Source: Octopus sinensis
Lineage: Eukaryota
DNA length: 64,000 nucleotides
NCBI RefSeq assembly: GCF_006345805.1
Contig: NW_021836155.1
Span: forward strand, 1 to 64,000
Direction of reading: 5' to 3'
In this document: piece by piece, positions 51,856-64,000 of the stretch
Layout: every line of letters begins with the position of its first letter
Numbering within the stretch: position 1 is the first letter of the stretch
Made by a program: the position numbers and the translations under genes
Notes under the pieces: generated by a model
Database searches by the model: none
Told to the model about the DNA's origin: nothing
Seen by the model: the letters and a program-made list of their open reading frames with translations, nothing else

Positions 51856-52084
51856 AACATACAAACGAATTTCAAGAAGACCATGGCATTTTCAAATCAG
51901 AATAATACTTGTCTTCTCATCCAACAACTTTAAACATTCTTTTGAACTTTTCTTAATATTCTTAATATTCTAAATTCTATTTATGTAAGAAGTCACGGTT
52001 ACAGTCTGTGGATCACACATGTAGTGACTAACACATTAGTAGAGTTCTTAATTTCGAAATAAATCACACACACACACACACACA

Positions 52085-52740
52085 CACACTCCAGTATGGG
52101 AAATGGACGTTAAAAGATGATGATGTATGTTCGTATGTATGTATTCATGCATATATATATATATACACACATATACATACATATATATATGTATATACTA
52201 CACACACACACACACACACACACTCCAGTATGGGAACATGTAACGTTTTAAAAGATGATGATGTATGTTCGTATGTATGTATTCATGCATATTATATATA
52301 TCACACATATACATAATATATATATGTATATACATACACACACACACCACACACACTCCAGTATGGGAAATGGACGTTAAAAGATGATGATGTATGTTCG
52401 TATGTATGTATTCATGCATATATATATATATACACACATATACATACATATATATATGTATATACATACACACACACACACACACTCCAGTATGGGAAAT
52501 GGACGTTAAAAGATGATGATGTATGTTCGTATGTATGTATTCATGCATATATATATATATACACACATATACATACATATATATATGTATATACATACAC
52601 ACACACACACACTCCAGTATGGGAAATGGACGTTAAAAGATGATGATGTATGTTCGTATGTATGTATTCATGCATATATATATATATACACACATATACA
52701 TACATATATATATGTATATACATACACACACACACACCAC
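52085..52740. repeat. Five tandem copies of a ~125-bp unit containing an RTE-tail-like motif
   Basis: ctccagtatgggaaatggacgttaaaagatgatgatgtatgttcg x5. Confidence 0.9.
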
Positions 52741-52994
52741 ACATATATATACATACACACAAAAACATACACACAGATATATATATATATATATATAATT
52801 TAAACATATGCATGTATATTAAAATAACATACGTTTTATAGTATATATATATATGTAATATATATATTATATATAAACATATGTATGTATATGTATATGC
52901 ATATATATATATATATATATTAATATCTATATATATAATATATATGTAATGTATATGTATATGCATATATGCATATCTGTATATATATACATAC

Positions 52995-53025
<31 letters not shown>

Positions 53026-53644
53026 TGTATGTATGTATGTATGTATGTATGTATGTGTAAATGAGTCTATGTGTATATATATTTATGTATAAATTTTGGA
53101 AGAAAGTGTATGCACACATCTACATATACATACATGTGTGTGTATGTATATATATGTGTGTGTATGTATATATATATCTGTATACATATATATATATATA
53201 TTTTTTTTTTGAAATTAGGTTTTGATGCGACTTCTTGTTTCACCTGATTGCGTATTCAACGACTGGTTGAATAAGCCGTCAGTTAAAACTCAAAGCCCCA
53301 ATCAAATCTGATTTTATTATAAATCTATAGATGTGCGTCTACTTTTAGTCTCAAGTACCCCCTCAACAGAACATGATCTGTTCTTATTTTTTAAAAGTTC
53401 TTTAAAATAAAACCTCCAAATTATCACACACACACACACACACACATACACACACACCTGCACAGCAAGCAATACCCATTTCTTCCTTGCTGTTTCTGGT
53501 ACTCAGCCCTTTGTAGACCCCTCTCCTTCATTCTTTTGCTGCACAACTTCATCCATCCCCCTCTCTCTCTATTCTGACTGTCCCCTGCTCTTCCTTTCTT
53601 CCACATATATCTCTTTTTTATTTCAATAAATAAAATATAAATGA

Positions 53645-54140
53645 GCCCTTTTAAAGCCTAGCTAGGCTCATGGGCCCGGTTTCCCGGTTTCAATGGCGTA
53701 TGTGTTCCCCAGCTGGACGGGATGCCAGTCCATCGCAGCATTACTCATTTTTGCCAGCTGAGTAGACTGGAGCAACATGGAATGAAGTATTTTGCTCAAA
53801 AACACAACGCGTCGCCCGGTCCAGGAATCAAAACCACAATCTTACGATCATGATGTTGACACCCTAACCACTAAGCCACGTGCCTCCACTTGTGCTCTTT
53901 TAAAGCCTAGCTAGGCTCATGGGCCTGGTTTCCCGGTTTCAGTGGCGTATGTGTTCCCCAGCTGGACAGGACACCAGTCCATCGCAGCATTACTCATTTT
54001 TGCCTGCTGAGTGGACTGGAGCAACATGAAATGAAGTGTTTTACTCAAGAACACAACGCGTCACCCAGTCCAGGAATTGAAACCACAATCTTACGATTTT
54101 AATGCTGTCACCCTAACCACTAAGCCACGTGTGTCCACCT
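53645..54140 (-). mobile_element. Tandem dimer of SINE family D (tRNA-headed)
   Basis: Two ~245-bp copies; minus-strand head gtggaggcacgtggcttagtggttaggg; gcgatggactgg..ccagctgggg domain. Confidence 0.8.
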
Positions 54141-54256
54141 TTTATTTCAAAGTAGTGTGTATTTAAAGGTTACAAATATACAAAATGGACAATAAATTTT
54201 GAAATATTGAAAGCATTGAATTTGTTAGTATGATACCAGTCTCTTTTATTTATCAG

Positions 54257-54294
54257 CCCAAATATTTCGGGAATAAAATCCCTTCGTCAGAAGA
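54257..54294 (-). ncRNA. Minimal HHR-like core
   Basis: CTGACGA-a-ggga(ttttat)tccc-GAAATATT; stem I weak. Confidence 0.45.
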
Positions 54295-54457
54295 TTACAA
54301 TCACAAGCTGTTCAAAGCTCTGCTTCATTTATAGTTGCTAGAAATAGTATGGGGATGGACATTACATGTGGACGGTCGTATGTACAATGTTGTTAGAGTA
54401 TACATGCTTCTGTCAAATATTGTACACTTATTTATATATATATATAATAATAATAAT

Positions 54458-54832
54458 ATTAGGGAGCACAGCTCCAAACTTACAGGGAAAAATTAGATTT
54501 AGAATGAAATCAAATTTCACAGTATAAATATATAAAATATGAATTAGAGATAAAACCACTATTATGCAACTGAAACAGTGATAGACATAAACCAATACAT
54601 AAATAACAAATAATATATATATAATTAATATAATATATTATATATATATATAATTTTTTTTTCCAAATAGTATAAAAGGAATAATAAATATAATATAATA
54701 ATTTTTAAAAAATTTATATATATATACTCTTTTACTCATATTATATTATCATATTTATATTATTTGTTATTTATGTATTGGTTTATGTCTATCACTGTTT
54801 CAGTTGCATAATAGTGGTTTCATCTCTAATTC

Positions 54833-54845
<13 letters not shown>
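54458..54845. mobile_element. Second fold-back copy of the 26790 family (~85-bp arms, about 54528-54614/54758-54845)
   Basis: aattagagataaaaccactattatgcaactgaaacagtgatagacataaaccaatacataaataac and its reverse complement. Confidence 0.75.
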
Positions 54846-54926
<81 letters not shown>

Positions 54927-55260
54927 TGTGTATACACAAACAATTATTCATAAAGAAGGGCAAAACGAAAAAATTTCCTTTGTCAATATGCTTAAAAGGT
55001 ATTTTACATATGCTGGCCATTGATAAAATTTTATCCTTATAACAGAAGTATGCATATATATATATATACATATATACACATACATACATACATATATATA
55101 TATACATATAGATATGCATATATATGTACATATAGATATACATACATATATATATATATATATATATGTACTTTTATAAATTAATATATACACATATACA
55201 TGTATATAAACACACACACACATAATACATATATATATATACACACACATATATACATAC

Positions 55261-55311
<51 letters not shown>

Positions 55312-56122
55312 TACATACATATATATACACAAACGCATACATACATATATATATATACATTTGTATATACATACATATACACATACATACCTATACATAT
55401 ATATATATATGCACATAAATATACATCCCCACACACACACGTACATGCAGAAAGGTAGACACTTATATGTACTAAAGGCTTCCATACAGTTTCTGCCCAG
55501 AAATTTCTTTCACATGTCATCAGTCAGTTTTGCAGCGTGAGTGAAAGACACTTCACATGGTACAACACAACAGGATGGAACATGGAGCTCCACCGTATCA
55601 GCTACTAAGCAAACTTTCTCAGCAAAGCACCATACATTACGAATACTTACAACATTTATATGGATAAAGTGTATGTGATGTGTATAGACACATGTAATAT
55701 ACATACGTACGTACATGTATACCATATATGATATATATATATATATATAGATAGATATAGATATATATATAGATATATATATATGTATGTGTGTGTGTAT
55801 ATATATATATTTACTGTGTTTTTACTCTTTATCTTATATTAAACTTTTAATACTTTTTGATAGTTATATGATTTAAAACAATAAAAAATATTAAAAAAAT
55901 AATAATATAAAAAATATATATAATATATATTTAAAATTTATAAGTTTTTAAATTATTATTTAATAATTTTTAAAATTTTAACTTTAATTTAAATATTTTA
56001 ATTTGAATTTATATTTTTATATTTTATATTTTTTATATATTTTTAAATTAATTTTATTACTATGTATTGGCTTATGATTTTCACTGTTTGATTTACCTAA
56101 TAGTGGTTCTATCTCTAATTTA

Positions 56123-56163
<41 letters not shown>

Positions 56164-56362
56164 ATACATATATTTGTACGTTTCTATATTGTTTTTTTTG
56201 CAAGATTTTTGATGTGAAATCGTGTGTTAAACAGATATTGTTGTATTTCGGAATAGTCATTTAGTCAGTTTAGCCAATAAAAACATGCAATATATATTTG
56301 GTGTTACTTTGCTTCAGTGTTATTTATTTTATATTAATCTTAATCTTATTCGACCAGATTTA

Positions 56363-56437
56363 AAGTTTAACAATAAAATATATGCCCAGGACGAGGGGGC
56401 AGCCATGGGCGTTAGTATTGCCGGTGATGTGGCCTAT
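56363..56437 (+). mobile_element. Penelope-like RT fragment
   Basis: KFNNKIYAQDEGAAMGVSIAGDVAY matches the PLE RT motif FNxxxYxQxxGxAMG. Confidence 0.75.
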
Positions 56438-56460
56438 ATATATATATATATATATATATA

Positions 56461-56856
56461 CTTATTCTTTTATTCCTTTCAGTCATTTGATTGTGACCAT
56501 GCTTGAGCACAGCCTTTAATCGAACAAATCAACCCCAGGACTTATTCTTTGTAAGCCTGGTACTTATTCCCTCAATCTCTTTTGCCGAACCACTAGGTTG
56601 CAGAGACATAAATATACCAACATCAGTTGAGAAGCGATGGTGGGGCACAAACACAGACAGACATGCACACATGTATATATATATATATATATATGATGGG
56701 CTTCTTTCAGTTTCCATCAACCAAATCCACTCACAAGGCTTTGGTTGTTCCGAGGCTATAGTAGAAGACACTTGCCCAAGGTGTCATGCAGCGGCACTGA
56801 ACATGGAACCACGTGGTTGAGAAATATGCAAACTAATTACCACACAGCTACTCCTG
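56461..56856 (-). mobile_element. SINE family A, diverged
   Basis: Family motifs. Confidence 0.8.
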
Positions 56857-57062
56857 TATATATACATATGTGTATATATATATATGCATACTTGCATACA
56901 CACATATACATGCATATGCATGCTTAAATACAAACACACATATACCTGCTTTCCGTATATAATATATGCATAATGCCTACTGATACAAGGAAAACTAATT
57001 TTGTAAAACACACATATATTTATATATATATATATATATATACATACATATCTATATATATG

Positions 57063-57125
<63 letters not shown>

Positions 57126-57208
57126 ATATACATATATAATGCAACCCATGCTGATGATGCAAATATATATATATTAAGCACACACACATATGTAAACATT
57201 ATATATAT

Positions 57209-57256
<48 letters not shown>

Positions 57257-57812
57257 ACATATATACATATATAAATATGTGTATATTTATACACGCACAT
57301 TTTTACATACATATACACATGTGCACGAGCGCGCACACACACACACGTATACACCCACCCACATATACTCACATATAGAAACATGTATGTATATGCGTGT
57401 GCACGAGTATATGTACGTGCATGTGTGAGTGCATGAGTGTGTGTGTGTGTGTGTGCGTCTGATTGCATGTGTGTGTGTGAGTGTGCGAGCAATCTAAAAA
57501 GGGTGATAATTACAACACAGACACACCCTCAGAAACAAATTTGGTCAGGAAGTGAAAGTACTGAACTTGTTTGTTATATTCCTAAAATACGTTTCCTTTC
57601 AATTGGAAAATACTTTTTGATCCTTAATTGGGAAGATAATTTTCTTATTTTCATTTCCACCTATAAACTTTGTATTTATAACATACATGCGTTAGAACAC
57701 ATATATACATATTTTTACACACACACACACATATATATATATGTTTATACACAAACACAAACATGTATATACATGCATGAATATATATATATATACATAC
57801 ATATATATACAT

Positions 57813-57858
<46 letters not shown>

Positions 57859-57981
57859 ACATATACATATATATACATATTTATACATATACATATGTTT
57901 AAATATGAATTTGAATTTTCTGCTGCTTTAAATAAAGTATGTTTAAATATATGTATAGGTATGTAAACATATTTACATATA

Positions 57982-58014
<33 letters not shown>

Positions 58015-59320
58015 ATAAATACATATATAGATACATATACATACACACATATATCCATGCATGTACATATATATACATATATGAACATATACGCATATAT
58101 ACATATTTGTACATATACATATATTTACGTATATGTATGTAAACATATTTACACACACACACACACACAATATATATATTTATATCTATGTAAGAAAGTG
58201 AGGGAACTTTATATATGTAAGTCTGTCTGTCTGTCTATGCCCACACATACACACACACATTAGCTTGTTTAGTAGGACGAACATTACTGAAAGTCAAATG
58301 GAAAGAATTCAAAGCTATAATAGCGAGGTAAATACAATTAACACACACACACACACACGCATGCAATCAGATGCATCTCCACACATATCCCCATGAACAT
58401 GTACACCATCACACACGCCCACCCCACCTTCACTCGCACACAAACAAACACATGTGTTTCTTTTAAATTTCAACCCAACTTAAAAGAAAAATATATCATT
58501 AAAATATTATTCCTAATTGTTTGAGACTCCACATATCAACACGGTGCAAACATATGCGGGAGTGAGTAAGAGTGTTTGTATGTGAGCATTAAAGGTATTG
58601 CTTGGAATATCAAAAGCGATATTTATAAGGGTAACTACATTTAACTGCATGCAATAATGACTGCAAAACTAGATTTGGAAACGCAGTTGTTCTTGTTGTT
58701 GTCGTCATTGTAATTATGCTACCACAGCTCAACCCTGCATGAACAGCCTTAAGAAGAGTTCCAGCCAAGGTTGTGCTGTTTCTTTAACTTTTTGGCTCAT
58801 GAATGGTGATGGAAAAACTTTGACAAAAAACACATTTTACTTATTAAATGAATGATTAATCAAACAAACAATTAGTTAATTGGTTAAATAGTTAACCAAC
58901 TCATGATATATAAAAATATATATAAAATAAGCAACAAGGATATTCAGAGGTATGCTTATTTTGATTACAATCACCTTATTTTAAATTATATGTATAATAC
59001 CATACTAAATTCTTGTACCTTCAACTTAAGTACCATATTCATCTGAATCTAAATTTTTACTGAACCTATTATAGATATATATATATATATATATATATAT
59101 ACATGTCACAGTACTTTCCCAGTCTAAGATTTGAGGGAGACATCATTGCTATTTCTTATCTTCTATTAGCTATTACTTGCTTCAGTCGTTGGACTGCAGC
59201 CATGTTTGGGCACTGCTTTGTAGGGTTTTAGTCAAAGAAATTGGTCCAAATACTAAGTTACTTGTTCTTAAGACTGACCCTTATTTTGTCAGCCTCTTTT
59301 GCTGAAGGGATGTAAACAAA

Positions 59321-59479
59321 CCGTTGGCAACTGATCCCAGTTTATATAGGGATCCAGTCATCAGGAGTAGTTTTGCTATTCTTGTTGACATCTCTTCTTA
59401 AATAACCTACAGAAATGGTTCCTTTTTTCCTTTTAATGACTGGTGGAATTACCATTCACACGGGCTCCTGTCACTACTG

Positions 59480-59512
<33 letters not shown>

Positions 59513-59914
59513 TGTTATTAAAGGGATGTAAACAAACCAAAACTGGTTGTCAAGTGCTGGTGGGTCTATGTCGACCTTGGTAGAATTTGAACTCAGAATG
59601 TAAAGACGGATGATATGCCGTGAAGCATTTTGCCCGGAGTACTGACGATTCTGCCAGCTCACTGCCTTCGTAATAATAATAACAATGATAATAATCCTCT
59701 CTACTATAGGCACAAGGCCAGCAATTTTAAAGGAGACTGTAGGTCGATTATATCAACCCCAGTGCATAACTGGTACTTATTTAATCGACCCTGAATGGAT
59801 GAAAGGCAAAGTCGACCTTGGCGGAATTTGAACTCAGAACGGAGCAGTAGATGAAATACTGCACAGCATTTCGCCCGGCGTGCTAACAATTCTGCCAGCT
59901 CACCACCTTAATAA

Positions 59915-59973
<59 letters not shown>

Positions 59974-60124
59974 ACAGGAATCCATGTGAATGGTAATTCC
60001 ACCAGTCATTAAAAGGAAAAAAAGGAACCATTTCTGTAGGTTATTTAAGAAGAGATGTCAACATGAATAGCAAAACTGCTCCTGATGACTGGATCTCTAT
60101 ACAAACTGGGATCAGTTGCCAACG
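59321..60124. repeat. ~185-bp inverted duplication (59321-59510 / about 59940-60124) enclosing SINE B copies
   Basis: Arms are close reverse complements; left copy flanked by an 18-bp direct repeat. Confidence 0.88.
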
Positions 60125-60752
60125 GAAACAGGGTGCAAGTTCAAAGAAAGCAACAAATCTGAAGAACAGAAAGTCATAAATGCTGAAACAAACATTTATA
60201 TTCAAGCAGAAACGATTGGGTTATGAATACATCAGCATTTACAAGTCATTGGCTGATTCCTGACAGCTTCCTCCTGCACTTCGATATGCACGTATACATG
60301 CACACATACGCATGTACGCTCATGCACAAACACGCTAGGAAAAACGCTGGAGTTTGAAGGGATTTTGATGCTAGGACTTACAGCCACCACCACCATCGCC
60401 AGCACCATCACCGATACAATCATCGCCGCCCCTCTATCCACGACTCAATCACAGATTAAATTCCCGAGATAATACTATATCAAACCTTTACATCAAGCCA
60501 GCTACCTCAGCGTTTGTAATTTGTGGATTACTTCACCTGAACCCAGTGCACTGCTCACTTATTCTGTGCATCTAATTTGTTTAGTACCTTTGAATTTTCT
60601 TTCCATCCTTTACTTGTTTCAGTCACTGGGCTGTTGCCATGCTGGAGCACTGCCTTGGAGGATTTCAATCAAACAAATCAACCTCAATACTACTTAGGGT
60701 TTTTCTTGCCTGTATTTTTTTTTCTTTTTGTCAAATCTGGTCTTTATTTTAT

Positions 60753-61433
60753 AGGCATTGGAGTGGCTGTGTGGCAAGTAGTTTGCTTACCAACCACATG
60801 GTTCCGGGTTCAGTCCCACTGCATGGCACCTTGGACAAGTGTCTTCTACTATAGCCTCGGGCCGAACAAAGCCTTGTGAGTGGATTTGGTAGACAGAAAC
60901 TGAAAGAAGCACGTCGTATATATGTATATCATCATCATCATCATCATCATTTAACGTCTGCTTTCCATGCTAGCATGGGTTGGACGGTTCAACTGGGGTC
61001 TGGGGAGCCCGAAGGCTGCACCAGGCCAGTCAGATCTGGCAGTGTTTCTACAGCTGGATGCCTTTCCTAACGCCAACCACTCCGAGAGTGTAGTGGGTGA
61101 TTTTATGTGCCACCGACACAGGTGCCAGACGAGGCTGGCGAACGGCCACGCTCGGATGGTGTTTTTTTTTATGTGCCACCGACACAGGTGCCAGACGAGG
61201 CTGGCAGATGGCCACGCTTGGATGGTGTTTTTATGTGCCACCAACACAGGTGCCAGATGAGGCTGGCAAACGGCCACAATCGGATGGTGTTTGTTACGTG
61301 CCCACAGCACGGAGGCCAGTCGATGCGGTACTGGCTACGGCCACGTTCGGATGGTTTTCTTGTGTGCCACCGGCACTGGTACCACAAAGATACAAATTCC
61401 ATTGATGTTCATCTATTTTGATTTGTTTTGATT

Positions 61434-61470
<37 letters not shown>

Positions 61471-61883
61471 TAATCCAAACATGAAAACACAAAGAGAAAA
61501 CACAACAACACGAGGACGTGGAACAAATATAGTATTATTGGACACTCAGGAAGGAAGGGAAGAAGGAGGGTTTTACGTATTGAGCGGAGCTCTTCGTCAG
61601 AAGATCTAGAGAAGGGAAGACGGAGGGAAAAAAATCACCAACCATATATATATATATGTATGTGAGTGTATATGTTTGTGTGTCTGTGTTTGTCCCCCTC
61701 CCAACATCGCTTGACAACTGATGCTGGTGTGTTTACATCCCCACAACAGTTCAACAAAAGAGACCAATAGAATAAGTACTGGGCTTACAAAGAATAAGTC
61801 CTGGGGTCAATTTGCTCGATTAATGGCGGTGCTCCAGCATGGCTGCAGTCAATTGACTGAAACAAGTAAAAGTGTAAAAGAGT
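60753..61883 (+). mobile_element. SINE A split by a nested RTE-like fragment (60928-61437, -) and an HHR-like element (61466-61643, -)
   Basis: 5' half ends at its TA tract near 60925; 3' half resumes near 61660. Confidence 0.85.
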
Positions 61884-62439
61884 CAGTTATGCCAAAACCA
61901 TTAACTTACAGGGACATAAACAAACCAGCACTGGCTGTCAATCTGCAGGCATGGGAAGAAGTGAAGTGGCAAACAGAGAGACAAAGACATACATGCAAAC
62001 ACACACACACATACCATGGGCTTCCACACAGTTTCTGTCAATCATATTTCTACACAAGGTATTAGTTTGCACCGAAGGCTTAGTAAAAGACACTTCCCTG
62101 AGATACCACACAGGGGAATTGAACCGAAATCCACATGGTTGCAAAGCAAACTTCTTAACCACAGCTCCACACCAAGAATTTTTTTCTTTTCCTGAATAGG
62201 CGTAGGAGTTGCTGTGTGGTAAGTAGCTTGCTAACCAGCCACATGGTTCTGGGTTAAGTCCCACTGCGTGGCATCTTGGGCAAGTGTCTTCTGCTATAGC
62301 CCGGGGCCGACCAATGCCTTGTGAGTGGATTTGGTAGACGGAAACTGAAAGACGCCTGTCGTATATATATATATACATATGTGGATTTGGTAGATGGAAA
62401 CTGAAAGAAGCCTGTCGTGTATATATATAATATATAATA

Positions 62440-63140
62440 TGTCCCAAAATAATCTGTAGTTTTGTTATTTTTTATTTGCCCTGTTCGTGTGAGCTAACAA
62501 TCGTACTGACTTTCATAGGAAACATGTATTTTTGTGGTTGAAACCTTTTGGATTTTCTAGTGCTAGAATGAGCCACATAGTGACCATTCTCTTATATTTA
62601 TTTTTGTATAAAATATTGTAATATATTATAAAATATTATAATAATCCAGGTTTCTCGAGGCACTGGGCCACTTGGTGTTGAATAGATATGCTATTAAATT
62701 AGTATCTAATTTTCTCACCCTTATTAATTAATTATAATTATGCTACATTTATTTCTAAATGTAGTATTTGTTTCCGTGAAAGTTTGGCGCGCTGTTGGTA
62801 AGGGCATTTGAATTATAACGTCGGATGTAATCAATTGAACCACACGTGTATTTATCGTTATGGTAAAATCTGGCGTGTGATTGAGTGGATTTCATCCAGA
62901 TAGTTTTGGCTGAGGAGCTACAAGTGGGTTTTTTGTAAGTAAAATTACATTTAATTCATTAATAGCGAAACAATTGTCCCAAAATAATCTGTATTTTTGT
63001 TATTTTTTATTTGCCCTGTTCGTGTGAGCTAACAATCGTACTGACTTTCATAGGAAACATGTATTTTTGTGGTTGAAACCTTTTGGATTTTCTAGTGCTA
63101 GAATGAGCCACATAGTGACCATTCTCTTATATTTATTTTT
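62440..63140 (+). mobile_element. Retrozyme-like / non-autonomous Penelope-type element: 1.3 copies of a 535-bp unit with 166-bp terminal direct repeats
   Basis: 62440-62605 equals 62975-63140 with one mismatch; canonical HHR spans the unit junction; inserted in (TA)n. Confidence 0.8.
62897..62991 (+). ncRNA. Type I hammerhead ribozyme with intact core; predicted cleavage after C62978
   Basis: cagat-ag-ttttgg-CTGAGGA-gcta-(42 nt)-tagc-GAAAC-aatt-GTC-ccaaaa-ta-atctg; palindromic stem III ACAATTGT. Confidence 0.85.
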
Positions 63141-63574
63141 ATATATATATATATATATATGTAAGTGTTTGTCCCCCTAGCATTGCTTGACAACCGATGC
63201 TGGTGTGTTTACGTCCCCATCACTTAGCGGTTCGGCAAAAGAGACCGATAGAATAAGTACTGGGCTTACAAAGAATAAGTCCCGGGGTCGATTTGCTCGA
63301 CTAAAGGCGGTGCTCCAGCATGGTCGCAGTCAAATGACTGAAACAAGTAAAAGAGTAAAGAGTGAAGAGTAAAGAGTAATGCTTTTCCACGAGGACAGCT
63401 GTCCCCTTTCCTATAAACTTACACCTGGTGTATTTCAGAATATCTCATTCCCCTCTCTCAACTTTATAAAGCTGGATTAACTATATCCTTCTACACAAAT
63501 CTCTGGATTAACTTATCCTTCTACTCTTAAGCGACTGACAACTTAGATTTCAAAGATGATATATTGATCTCGAA

Positions 63575-64000
63575 TTTTGGCACAAGGCCAGTAATTTCAG
63601 GGGAAGGGGTAACGCTATTAAATAGAACCCAGCGCTCAGCTGGTACTTATTTTATCGACCCTGAAAGTATAAAAGGCAAAGTCAGCCCCAGTGGAACTTG
63701 AACTCAGAACGTGAAGACAGATGAAATGCAGCTAAGCATTTTGCCCGATGTGCCAATGATTCTGCCAGCTCACCGCCTTCATTTTAAAAGATTACATATT
63801 AACAGTGAAGGCACATGGCCTAGGGGTTAGGGCATTTGGTTCGTAATCATAAGATCTTGAGTTCAATTCCTGGCAATGCGTTATGTCCCCAAGCAAAACA
63901 CTTGATACCCCATTGCTCCAGTTCACTCAGCTGGCAAAAATCAGTTGTACCTATTTCTTTACTACCCACAAGGGGCTAAACACAGAGAGAACAAACAAGG
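63575..64000. mobile_element. SINE B (-, 63575-63780), SINE D head (+, 63805-63950), start of another SINE B (-, 63955-64000)
   Basis: Family motifs. Confidence 0.75.

Larger units (their letters stand above)
62198..63378 (+). mobile_element. SINE A split by a retrozyme-like insertion
   Basis: 5' half 62198-62420; 3' half from about 63160. Confidence 0.85.

Noticed and set aside
55820-56055. Extremely AT-rich stretch as a functional element
   Set aside because: Looks like degraded TA repeat or low-quality consensus sequence.
788-58263. Numerous YI/HT/CV/poly-H/poly-T ORFs
   Set aside because: Translations of (TA)n, (CA)n, (CAT)n and (CAC)n microsatellites.
9553-63372. Recurrent short ORFs such as MPKVPRSGTEPGTMW and MLQHGRSQMTETSKR
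   Set aside because: Incidental translations of SINE and RTE-UTR copies.

Overview
AT-rich, microsatellite-saturated eukaryotic non-coding DNA (intronic or intergenic). The repeat repertoire strongly suggests an octopus/cephalopod genome; this is inferred from repeat recognition, not from a search. No intact host gene or autonomous element is supported, and nearly all ORFs in the track are microsatellite or satellite artefacts. The window contains: (i) dozens of copies of several tRNA-headed SINE families and 5'-truncated RTE LINE 3' ends; (ii) decayed LINE fragments (CR1/L2-like, Tx1/L1-like, R4/Dong-like), a full-length decayed mariner, a Helitron-like element and MITEs; (iii) a 7.3-kb array of a 26-bp unit grown out of an RTE 3'UTR motif; and (iv) a cluster of distinct hammerhead-ribozyme (HHR) motifs in small elements inserted in (TA)n tracts, alongside Penelope-like RT and GIY-YIG remnants. 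The best candidate for an undescribed system is 62440-63140. It is a 535-bp-period non-coding unit with a canonical type I HHR, and its 5' boundary lies within 4 nt of the predicted self-cleavage site, as expected of a retrozyme or non-autonomous Penelope derivative. Several long inverted repeats and locally templated inverted duplications are also present. Coordinates of decayed repeats are approximate.
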